Positions 15,019 through 22,987 of a stretch of 48,648 nt of DNA are shown piece by piece. Position 1 is the stretch's first letter, and every line of letters begins with the position of its first letter. Under the pieces are notes generated by a model. It ran no database searches and had not been told where the DNA came from. It worked only from the letters and a program-made list of their open reading frames with translations. The position numbers and the translations under genes are program-made. This stretch comes from Acidimicrobiales bacterium. Lineage in GTDB: Bacteria > Actinomycetota > Acidimicrobiia > Acidimicrobiales > Bog-793. The stretch lies in NCBI GenBank assembly GCA_049696635.1, contig JBAVUF010000160.1:1-48648 (forward strand), in the 5' to 3' direction.

Positions 15019-16395
15019 GTGATCAATCGCCTGACATCTCGGCACGGTCGGAGTGTGGTGCGTTACTTGGCGGTGGGTCTCGCGCTGACTGTGGCGACCG
15101 CCGTCAGCGCGGCGGATCCTGCGACGACTGCGTCTGCCTCTTCCAAACCGGCCCGTAGCTCGACCGCCGACTGCAGTTCGCTGGCGACCTGCTACACACC
15201 GCACGATCTGCAAGTCGCCTACGGCATCCTGCCGTTGCTCGACCGCGGGATCAACGGCAGAGGCGAGACCATCGTCCTCCCCGAATTGGCTGAGCCGCAG
15301 TTCCCGCTTCCGACGAGCGACATTCGCCAAGACCTCGCCGCATTCGACAAGTTGTTCGGCCTCACGCGGGCGAACCTACGGTCGGTGACGACCCTTGCCC
15401 CCGGGGCGTCACCGTGGCTGGCAAATGGCGAAGAAGTGCTCGACACCGAGGTGGTGCACGCCATCGCGCCGGGGGCCGCGATTGTCGAAGTCCTCGTCCC
15501 CGCAACCTCTCTCAACAGCATCGCAAATGCGGTTGCTGCCGCCGTCTCGGCAGTGAAGCTCGGTTCCTCGCTCGGGGGAGTCATCTCGATCAGCGCCGCT
15601 GGTCAGACCGGCGGTGAACACTGCGACACCCATTCCCAAGTCGCCGCGCTGCACGCGGCCTTGCAACTCGCCGCGAAGGAACACGTGACGGTGGTCGCTG
15701 CATCCGGCGACGTCGGAGCCGTCGGCGAACCCTGCCAATTGATAAAGGGCTTGATCGGAGGTGTTTTCGCCCCGGTGAAAGAGGTCAACTTGCCGGCTGA
15801 GGATCCACTCGTGCTCGCCGCCGGAGGGACGACCCTAACCCTCAACCGCAAGACGGGCGCTTATGAAGGCGAAGTCGCTTGGGGGCTGCCATTCGGAGAC
15901 CCGGGCACTCAGTTCCAGGGGTCAGGCGGCGGCCTCGGGCACGTTTTTTCCCGGCCCGACTATCAGAACGGTGTGCCCGGCATCGGCGCGTACCGGGGGG
16001 TGCCTGACGTGGCCGCGAACGCCTCCCCGAGTCCCGGGTTTCCGGTTGTCACGAGCACCCGCAGCGGCCAGTACATGATCACTGGCCACGGAGGCACGAG
16101 CGCGAGCGCCCCGACGTGGGCAGGCATTGTCGCTCTGGCCAACCAGTATGCCGGGCGCCACCTGGGCTTCGTGAACGCGGCGATCTACCGCATCGCCCGC
16201 AGCCCCCTTTACCACAAGGCGTTCCACGACATCACGAACGGGAACAACTCGGTCAGTTTCCCGCCGAAGACGATCAAGGGCTACCGAGCGACATCGGGAT
16301 GGGACGCCGTAACGGGCTGGGGCAGCCCCGTCGCAAGCGCGCTCGTACCCTTGCTCGTTCGTGACGTCCATCCTGACGACGCCAACGGACTGTGA
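15019..16395 (+). CDS. secreted S53 (sedolisin/kumamolisin-type) serine peptidase
   Basis: It has a signal-like N-terminus and the sedolisin blocks GEEVLDTEVVHAIAPGA, ASGDVGA and GGTSASAPTWAGIVALANQ. GGAGG lies 5 nt upstream of GTG 15019. Confidence 0.85.
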   Translation: MINRLTSRHGRSVVRYLAVGLALTVATAVSAADPATTASASSKPARSSTADCSSLATCYTPHDLQVAYGILPLLDRGINGRGETIVLPELAEPQFPLPTSDIRQDLAAFDKLFGLTRANLRSVTTLAPGASPWLANGEEVLDTEVVHAIAPGAAIVEVLVPATSLNSIANAVAAAVSAVKLGSSLGGVISISAAGQTGGEHCDTHSQVAALHAALQLAAKEHVTVVAASGDVGAVGEPCQLIKGLIGGVFAPVKEVNLPAEDPLVLAAGGTTLTLNRKTGAYEGEVAWGLPFGDPGTQFQGSGGGLGHVFSRPDYQNGVPGIGAYRGVPDVAANASPSPGFPVVTSTRSGQYMITGHGGTSASAPTWAGIVALANQYAGRHLGFVNAAIYRIARSPLYHKAFHDITNGNNSVSFPPKTIKGYRATSGWDAVTGWGSPVASALVPLLVRDVHPDDANGL

Positions 16396-16487
16396 GAAAC
16401 ATTGTGACGTGCGAAGCGACCCGACCGCTCTGTCATCGCGCCGTAATTGTGAACAATCAATTGGGTTCTATTAAACGCGAGTCGTGT

Positions 16488-16792
16488 TCACTCGAACTCC
16501 TCCGGGGCGTACCCTCCCACCAGGCGCCCGCATTCGTTCAAACTGGCTATGAAATGGGGCGAATGCGACGCAGCGTTCGGAAATACCGGCTTTAGTGATA
16601 TCGAACACAGGCCCATAGGAATCGGTTGGTGGGGTCGGGGAAATTCGGCACCCCATGGGAGCGCATGCACCGGGCGAGCTTCAGGTCGCCGTTCAGCACC
16701 TGTTGCACCAGGGCGCGTGGGCAGTCGCTGTTCACCATGCATTGGTGTTCTTGTTGTTGGATCGACCCCCTCGCGGGCGCGGATGAACACAC
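16488..16792 (-). pseudogene. frameshifted small Cys-containing protein gene (CMRSHGVPNFPDP family, function unknown)
   Basis: One frame gives ...LKLARCMRSHGVPNFPDPT. A second frame continues ...SPHFIASLNECGRLVGG. Together they resemble a motif pair I recall from small secreted actinobacterial proteins. No signal peptide is present. Confidence 0.35.
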
Positions 16793-16825
16793 TGCTTAAT
16801 TGTGCAGATATATGTGCGCGATTAG

Positions 16826-17269
16826 TCAGGCACCAGCTTCGAGACGCTCCTTCAGCCGCCGCTGGTCTTGTGGCACCAATTTTCTCGACTGGCTTCGTGC
16901 TATCGGCGCTACGAGCTTGCCGAGCAAACCGTGTCCTTGAAGGTCGAGTTCTATGGTGACTCTTGAACTGCCTGTCCCGACAGGATCGACGGTCACCGTT
17001 CCGACAGGTCGCACTGGTCCGTTCGTGCCTTTGAAGGAAGCCCTTCTCGGAGGGTCGTGCTCCGTGATCTCGTACGTGACGCTCCGCTTGCCACCTGGCA
17101 CCTTGCGGACGTCTGTTACGCGGGTGCCAACGCGCGTGGGTCCATCGGTTTCTTTCTTTGAGCTAACGATCTGGGACTCAAATTCGCCGTGTCGTTCTAG
17201 CTGATCGAGATAGGCGAACACGTCCGCAGGAGTACGTGCGATCTCCACACTGTTCACGATCTTTGGCAT
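16826..17269 (-). CDS. SRPBCC (polyketide cyclase/START-like) family protein
   Basis: MPKIVNSVEIARTPADVFAYLDQLERHGEF...YEITEHDPPRRASFKGTNGPVRPVGTVTVDPVG fits the SRPBCC pattern. I prefer the internal ATG 17269 over the track start 17392. Confidence 0.75.
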   Translation of the reverse strand: MPKIVNSVEIARTPADVFAYLDQLERHGEFESQIVSSKKETDGPTRVGTRVTDVRKVPGGKRSVTYEITEHDPPRRASFKGTNGPVRPVGTVTVDPVGTGSSRVTIELDLQGHGLLGKLVAPIARSQSRKLVPQDQRRLKERLEAGA

Positions 17270-17484
17270 GTTCGTGAGCGTGACGGTTGGAACATGAAAA
17301 GTCAATAAGGGATTAGGAGGCGGCGTAGGTTCCACAGCTATCTGTCTCCGATTAATAGAGTTCAAGTAAATGCGGAAGTCTTCGCAATCCACGACAGACA
17401 GTTCGTCTGGTGGATGCCGATTCGCCGTCGGCGCTCGGCTCCGGGAATCGGGTGCAGTCGACTTCCGAGAGCAAGACTGTGCGA

Positions 17485-17958
17485 ATGACGAATCCCAGCT
17501 ACTCAGAGTCGACCGTGATCGCCCGTCCGGCAGAGTTGCTCTATGACATGGTCTCCGACGTCACTCGAATGGGCGAATGGAGTCCAGTTTGCAAAGCCTG
17601 CTGGTGGGACGAGGGCGATGGCCCCCGAGTGGGTGCTCGGTTCACAGGTCGCAATGAGACCTCTGAACGAACGTGGGAAACACGTTCGGAAGTCGTGGCG
17701 GCAGATCGAGGGCGCGAATTCGCGTTTGTCGTTGGTGACTCATGGGTTCGTTGGGGCTACACGTTCACCCCGGATGAAGGTGGGACGAAGGTCACTGAGT
17801 CATGGGAGTTCCTCCCGGCTGGTATCGCACGATTCGAGCAGCGATTCGGTGGTGACGCTCTCGCCCAGATTGCTGATCGAACCGAGGCTGCCCATCAGGG
17901 GATTCCAGCGACCCTTTCTGCAATCAAGAGGGCAGCAGAATCGGGTGGCGCTACGTGA
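17485..17958 (+). CDS. SRPBCC family protein
   Basis: MTNPSYSESTVIARPAELLYDMVSDVTRMGEWSP...WETRSEVVAADRGREFAFVV...WGYTF fits the family. I prefer ATG 17485 over the track start 17410. Confidence 0.75.
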   Translation: MTNPSYSESTVIARPAELLYDMVSDVTRMGEWSPVCKACWWDEGDGPRVGARFTGRNETSERTWETRSEVVAADRGREFAFVVGDSWVRWGYTFTPDEGGTKVTESWEFLPAGIARFEQRFGGDALAQIADRTEAAHQGIPATLSAIKRAAESGGAT

Positions 17959-18189
17959 TCGTGCAGATATGTGAGTTCATTTAATTCAGTTCAAGTAAAC
18001 GCAGGTCCGGCGACTGCACAGCTGCACAGCTGCGCGTCAAGCGCTAATGCGAGCCATTCGTAACGTGCTCGCGACAAAGCTTCCGACGAGAATCGGGTCA
18101 TCGCAGAGAGAGCTAACCGATCGGGTCGCCACGAGCATCCGCACGACGAGCCGAACCGTCACGATGACGAGCACGGTTTTGGCCACTTT

Positions 18190-18420
18190 TTGCGCGACTT
18201 GATCGCACCTCACTCGCACGACGCAACCGACTCACTCGATCAGGCGCTCGAATCCAGCACCGATGGGATTCGAGCGGTTGCCTTGTGGCTCGTCATTCTC
18301 CTCGTCACGGCCGGGATCGAAGCTCTCGTCGTGGCGGCGACCGGATCGGTAGCCCTCCTCAGCGACACTCTTCACAATGCTGCCGACGCGCTAACAGCCG
18401 TGCCGTTGTGGCTCGCGTTC
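18190..18420 (+). pseudogene. cation diffusion facilitator (CzcD-type) transporter, first ~77 codons only
   Basis: ...HSHDATDSL...GIRAVALWLVILLVTAGIEALVVAATGSVALLSDTLHNAADALTAVPLWLAFTL is a CDF TM1-TM2 region including the HxxxD-type motif. The gene stops being CDF-like exactly where tRNA-half copy 3 begins. Confidence 0.7.
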
Positions 18421-18466
18421 ACCTTGCCAAGGTGAGGGTCGCGGGTTCGAGTCCCGTCGTCCGCTC
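18421..18466 (+). repeat. tRNA-Gly(GCC) 3' half, copy 3
   Basis: 46/46 identical to copy 1. With the two preceding nt (TC) it makes a perfect anticodon arm, TCACC-TTGCCAA-GGTGA. The 3' end reads ..CCGCTCGA, so no CCA is encoded. No acceptor 5' strand or D arm lies upstream; CDF coding sequence is there instead. Confidence 0.8.
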
Positions 18467-18536
18467 GAAGAACTCCCAGCTCAGAAGCCTAATTCAGCAT
18501 CGTTTGAGGCATTGATTTGCGGATAACGGTCCTTCT

Positions 18537-18569
18537 TGACCCAACTGTGACCCAACTGTGACCCAAACG
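18537..18569. repeat. tandem 11-mer TGACCCAACTG x2 plus a degenerate third copy TGACCCAAACG
   Basis: Read directly. It lies 70 nt after copy 3. Confidence 0.9.
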
Positions 18570-18745
18570 AGTCGCCGAGGCAAGCGCTAACGGGAAAGTT
18601 CGGCGAGAGCATCGGCGATCATTCGATCTCGGTCCTCGGCATGATCACCGGCGAACGATTTTCCCAGGCAGTTGGCGAGCTGAGAAGATCTGGGGTGCGC
18701 CGTGGTGGGAAGCCGGAGTACTCGAAGACGTCCGAGAAGGACGCC

Positions 18746-18925
18746 GTGACGAAAACCATCTCCGACGCAGATTCGCGACACCCCGTCAACTGCAGCTTCT
18801 GTGGCAAGTCGCAGAATCAGGTCAAAAGGATCGTCGCTGGACCCGATGATGTTTACATCTGCAATGAGTGCGTCGATCTCTGTTTGTTACTAATGGCCGA
18901 ACCATCCGATGGCGCCGGGACATAA
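18746..18925 (+). CDS. stand-alone ClpX-type C4 zinc-finger protein (or N-terminal remnant of clpX)
   Basis: [31 protein letters not shown] matches the ClpX N-terminal zinc-binding domain, with the CxxC...CxxC spacing. No AAA+ module follows. I prefer GTG 18746, preceded by GAGAAGGA, over the track start 18641. Confidence 0.55.
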   Translation: MTKTISDADSRHPVNCSFCGKSQNQVKRIVAGPDDVYICNECVDLCLLLMAEPSDGAGT

Positions 18926-19141
18926 ACGTAGATCAGCTCGTCGTCGGCATACTCGGGCGCAATTAGTCGATTGCCGAATCCGCTCACCGTTTGATAATGC
19001 CTTGGTGGGGTGACGCCGACGTGTCGTTGGTGGGCACTCGATAATCGGTGGGTGCGCTCCGTGTAACTGCATCCTTAATCAACTTGCCGTCGTGCTGATG
19101 GAGGCTGGGGAAGGAAGGTCCTCCGGAGCAAAGGCGCTCAA

Positions 19142-19612
19142 CTAACTCCTGATCAGATACAGCTCGACCGTGCCGCTGTTCGAGTTGACGACGTTCAGTT
19201 CCTCACTCCAGCCGTTGCCGAAGTTCTTCGTGTGCTTCCCAGGTGCACCGGAAGTGAACACGTTGTTCGTCCAGGTTCCTGCGGACTTGCCGATGTAGTA
19301 ATCGGCGAGCGCAATCATCGTGATGCCGCCCATCAGCAACTGATCACTCGTGGCGTTGTCAATGTGCAGATACCACAAAGAGATCCCTTTCGGCGCTGCA
19401 AGCGCCTTCCAGGCCATGCCTTCCTCGTTAATGGCGCACGTTCCGTACATTGCGTGGGCGCCGTCGTCAGTTACGGACCGCCAGTGCAAGCCGGGGACGT
19501 TCGCATTGATCTTCGCCTGTTCACTCGACACGTTTGTCGAGGCTCCCGCTGTCGTCACGGCAAGCATCAACGTCATGCCCACGATGACGAGTCCTACGAC
19601 GAATTTCCTCAT
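19142..19612 (-). CDS. secreted hypothetical protein
   Basis: 156 aa with a clear signal peptide (MRKFVVGLVIVGMTLMLAVTTAGA). I recognise no family. Confidence 0.6.
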   Translation of the reverse strand: MRKFVVGLVIVGMTLMLAVTTAGASTNVSSEQAKINANVPGLHWRSVTDDGAHAMYGTCAINEEGMAWKALAAPKGISLWYLHIDNATSDQLLMGGITMIALADYYIGKSAGTWTNNVFTSGAPGKHTKNFGNGWSEELNVVNSNSGTVELYLIRS

Positions 19613-19849
19613 CTCTGCTCCTGCACAGAACGCTCGTTGATAGCTCTGAAGGACCTCAATTTAAGAAGTTGCGTTTCGTCAACGATGATCCAGCGAGTAT
19701 GCGAGCGCATCGGCAATTTTGAAGATGAGGGAATGCGAACCGCAAGTCCCTATTCAAACGAGGGATTTCACGAAGAGCATCGACTCGACTACGGAATGTG
19801 CTCTTTGTGATCGAAACCTCGCCGTGTCTGCGCTAGCGAGAAGATTGAT

Positions 19850-20017
19850 TTACAAGACGCTGACCAACAATAAAAGTACGAGCGATAGCACGATGATTAC
19901 GACAAGAACAGCACGCCACGGATGGCGGCGTCGAGGAACGTCCTCGTGATCATCGTCCCAGTCCCAAAGATCGGGGTCCTTCGGGTCCCGGGGTACGGGA
20001 CCCACGGGCGTCGGCAT
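19850..20017 (-). CDS. small single-pass membrane protein (hypothetical, 55 aa)
   Basis: Below the track's size cut-off. My translation is MPTPVGPVPRDPKDPDLWDWDDDHEDVPRRRHPWRAVLVVIIVLSLVLLLLVSVL: an acidic N-terminus followed by one TM. Its ATG lies 6 nt after the stop of the upstream 147-aa ORF. Confidence 0.3.
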   Translation of the reverse strand: MPTPVGPVPRDPKDPDLWDWDDDHEDVPRRRHPWRAVLVVIIVLSLVLLLLVSVL

Positions 20018-20023
20018 CGACCG

Positions 20024-20467
20024 CTAAAGGTCGATCTCGATCGACTGACCTTGCCATTCGACCGTCAACGACTTTGCGTCCGTGTGCGCATGCTCATCTT
20101 CGGACTTCGAGGGAACGAAAAACCTCCTACCCGCCAACTCGCCAGCCGCTTTTCGCTCGAAATCACTCAGTGCCGACACGTGTTGAGGCCCACCTTTGAA
20201 CGAAACCTTTACGATCGCACGTTCTCGGCCGCGTCGAATTGATTCGCCGAGTGGTCGCATTCGGACTCTCGCAGACTTTGCGGAATAAGGACCCGGCCGT
20301 GCAACCGTGGGACCTTCGACAAGTTCACCGACATCGGGAACACCAGAGAGACGCCACATCACTTCGATGCCATCGTCGTAAAGCAATACTCCGACGACAC
20401 GGAACGTAATTCCTTGTGAGGTGAGAGTCTCCGAAGGTCCTGAGATGGCCTTTAACGGGTGCGCCAA
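20024..20467 (-). CDS. hypothetical protein (147 aa)
   Basis: An ORF with no recognisable motif. The TTG start is uncertain. Its 5' end abuts the truncation point of the serine-recombinase fragment. Confidence 0.45.
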   Translation of the reverse strand: MAHPLKAISGPSETLTSQGITFRVVGVLLYDDGIEVMWRLSGVPDVGELVEGPTVARPGPYSAKSARVRMRPLGESIRRGRERAIVKVSFKGGPQHVSALSDFERKAAGELAGRRFFVPSKSEDEHAHTDAKSLTVEWQGQSIEIDL

Positions 20468-20794
20468 GTGCTCGGAGCGATCTCGCAGTACGAGCGTGCC
20501 GTGATCAAGGGCCGCATGATGGCGGGCAAAGCGGCAAAGGTCGCAAGTGGCGGCTACGGCGGTGGCAGACCGGCGTTCGGCAAAGCGGCGAAGGACAAAT
20601 CATTCGTCGGCGACATTGAGGAGCGCCAGACGATCGAGCTGATCCGTCGACTTCGTAGCGAGCGATTATCGCTGCGCCAAATTGCCGGATATCTCGAACA
20701 GGCGGGGCTGCACTCGAAATCAGGGCAACACTGGTACCCAACACGGGTAAAGCGAGTGCTCGACAGAACTAGCGACGCAAGATCAAAGTCTTGA
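20459..20794 (+). pseudogene. serine recombinase fragment (end of the resolvase domain plus part of the recombinase domain; catalytic N-terminus missing)
   Basis: RQVLGAISQYERAVIKGRMMAGKAAKVASGGYGGGRPAFG matches the E-helix end of the resolvase domain. LIRRLRSERLSLRQIAGYLEQAGLHSKSGQHWYPTRVKRVL matches the recombinase-domain HTH. The catalytic Ser region is absent. Confidence 0.7.
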
Positions 20795-20947
20795 AGTCAG
20801 CGACCCCGCTCGCTACGACTAGTTCGATTTGCTCAACTTGAGTTGGCTCTTTCGAGCTAATTCCAACCTTTTTCTTTCTCTTCCCACTACGACGACGTCA
20901 AACTCCAACGAGTTGGGGCTCCCCAACAAGAGAGAAGGAATCGGACA

Positions 20948-21670
20948 ATGGGCATACGTTCAGCGCAACACTTCAGAATACGAACTGGAGCGCAAAACCT
21001 AAAGGAGCGACCTGCGCCACTGCGGAAGGGGTTGCTCATTGCCGCTGCAGTACTTATAACCGGACTCGTCGCCATCCCAACTACAGCACTTGCGTCCGAT
21101 CGGGGTACCCACAATGGCGACCATCACCACGGTAAGCAGCAGAACGGCGAGCAGCACAACGCCCCAGGATTGAGCTATCCGTGGGTCTACACTTTCGACA
21201 ACAACAGCGGGCCAGACTCTGGCTACTGCACCAGTTACACGAATGCTTGGGCGAACGACAGGTACTCACGCACGTTCGTTGTTATCCCGCAGGCGAACGG
21301 CAGCTATCTCGTCGACGAAAGCTTTACGGGAACATTTGTCACGATCGCTGGTAATCCACAACCGAACGCTTCGCCTTGCGGGGCGACAGAGACAGGTGGC
21401 GTGAAAGGTAACTACGTCGGCACTGAATCCTTTACGATCAGCGGACCGGTGGAGTTCAATCCCGACGCCACGTGCGTCGCATGCAATGCGACTACGACAA
21501 ACTCGTCATCTGCCGAGGCTGGTAATGCCACCTTCGTGGCAGCGTTCTTCCCTGGCGGCACGTACAGCGGAGTCGGTAACTTCGACTTCCGGTACACGAC
21601 GAATCACGACGGCTCGTGGATCGATTCGATCGCTACTCCACAAGCTTCGAGCGGTAACATCACCGGCTGA
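20948..21670 (+). CDS. secreted hypothetical protein (His/Gln-rich N-terminal region)
   Basis: 240 aa with a signal-like segment (LLIAAAVLITGLVAIPTTALA) followed by NGDHHHGKQQNGEQHN. A terminator hairpin follows the gene. I recognise no family. Confidence 0.6.
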   Translation: MGIRSAQHFRIRTGAQNLKERPAPLRKGLLIAAAVLITGLVAIPTTALASDRGTHNGDHHHGKQQNGEQHNAPGLSYPWVYTFDNNSGPDSGYCTSYTNAWANDRYSRTFVVIPQANGSYLVDESFTGTFVTIAGNPQPNASPCGATETGGVKGNYVGTESFTISGPVEFNPDATCVACNATTTNSSSAEAGNATFVAAFFPGGTYSGVGNFDFRYTTNHDGSWIDSIATPQASSGNITG

Positions 21671-21692
21671 CGCTCAGACAGCTTCGTAACCG

Positions 21693-21735
21693 AAATCCCC
21701 CGGTCTCGTAATGGAGGCCGGGGGATTTTGTTTTA
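21693..21735 (+). terminator. rho-independent terminator
   Basis: AAATCCCCCGGTCTC-GTAATG-GAGGCCGGGGGATTT followed by TGTTTT, 23 nt after the stop at 21670. Confidence 0.7.
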
Positions 21736-22447
21736 CCGTCGCACGAATCAAGGCGGGCGCCTTCATCCCACGAACGACTGATTCGGAGCTTTGTGCGAAG
21801 ACGGGCACCATGTTCCGCCCTTGTCCTTCTGGCCCATCAGCCGCCTCCGATCGATGACCGATCAAGCCGTTTACGTCAAAACCGCACTCAAGGGCAAGCA
21901 AGAGTCGTCTGTCAATTCTGCGATCACTTGAACGCGATGCCACTAGTTGAAGGGTTGGTGACCAACAACTACAAGATGCTTCGAAGTCTGTCTGAGTTGG
22001 CGGCGATCTGTTCGACGCACCTGACGATCGTGGCGATACAGCGACTCGGCGACGACGCGACGCGCGCGTCGGGGGCGATCCTTCTCGATCTTCCTGGCAT
22101 CATGCGTCGTCGTAAACCTGGCACAGCACAAGTCTCTTGGATGCGGCCAAGAGATCCGGCTCCTCAAAAGCCATGGGATGTATTCAAGTTGGCAGCGGTT
22201 CGCGCGAAACGTGATGCGGTCGAACTGTACGACGAGTTGAGGGTCACAACAGCCGAGAGGCTCGTGGAGGGCGAGCTAGCTGAGAAGCCCAGCCTGGTGC
22301 GATCTCTTAGATAAGAGCCAGGACCGGGCTCTCCTCGAGTTAGCCGCGCGTTTCGACGCGCACGCGGAGCAGCGGATCACGATCTCCAATGGGAAACACC
22401 CGGTTGGGACTTTCGTCCCATTAACTGTCCTCCCCGAAAAGGTCGTA

Positions 22448-22987
22448 TTGAAAGGCACAACTCTCAAAAGGAGGCTTCCGCCAATGAGCGAGCGACCGGA
22501 AGCACAAACGGCGACGCGAGGTGGCGAGCAGAGCGCCGCGATGTCGCGGGCCACGCAAGAGCTTCTAAGGCTGATTCCGAAAGCGGACGGATGCGCCGTC
22601 CTACTCGTCGTCGAAGACCAATTGGTCGAGGCATGTCGAGCAGGCAACCTTGGCGAACCCGAGCAGGGCCGATTGGGCATCAATGAGAGCCTGTCCGGGC
22701 TTGCATTACTAAGCGGCTCGGCTTTCCGCTGTGACGACGCCGCAGAGAGCCCGTTCGTCGACCACTCCACGACCAGGCGACTCGGCGTCGCCTCCTTTGT
22801 GAGCGTTCCATTGCGGGATGGAATTCGAGCGGCCGGAGTTTTCATTGCAGCTTCGAAAGAGCGAGCAGCATTCAACGATCGCGACGTCGAGATCCTCGGT
22901 CGCGCCGCCCACTCATTGGAGGACGAACTCGCGCCTCGCGCGAGGAGGATGCGACGCTTCGCGCGCGGTAAGCAAGGGCTTGCGTAA
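22448..22987 (+). CDS. GAF domain protein
   Basis: ADGCAVLLVVEDQLVEACRAGNLG...SLSGLALLSGSAFRCDDAESPFVD...GVASFVSVPLRDGIRAAGVFIAASKERAAFNDRDVEILGRAAHSLE is a GAF-like pattern. The start is uncertain; ATG 22484 is possible. Confidence 0.6.
   Translation: MKGTTLKRRLPPMSERPEAQTATRGGEQSAAMSRATQELLRLIPKADGCAVLLVVEDQLVEACRAGNLGEPEQGRLGINESLSGLALLSGSAFRCDDAAESPFVDHSTTRRLGVASFVSVPLRDGIRAAGVFIAASKERAAFNDRDVEILGRAAHSLEDELAPRARRMRRFARGKQGLA

Noticed and set aside
21793-22314. 173-aa plus-strand ORF between the terminator and the GAF gene.
   Set aside because: It has no motif, the start is uncertain and the composition is mixed. The 3' ~125 codons might be real, but I cannot support a call.
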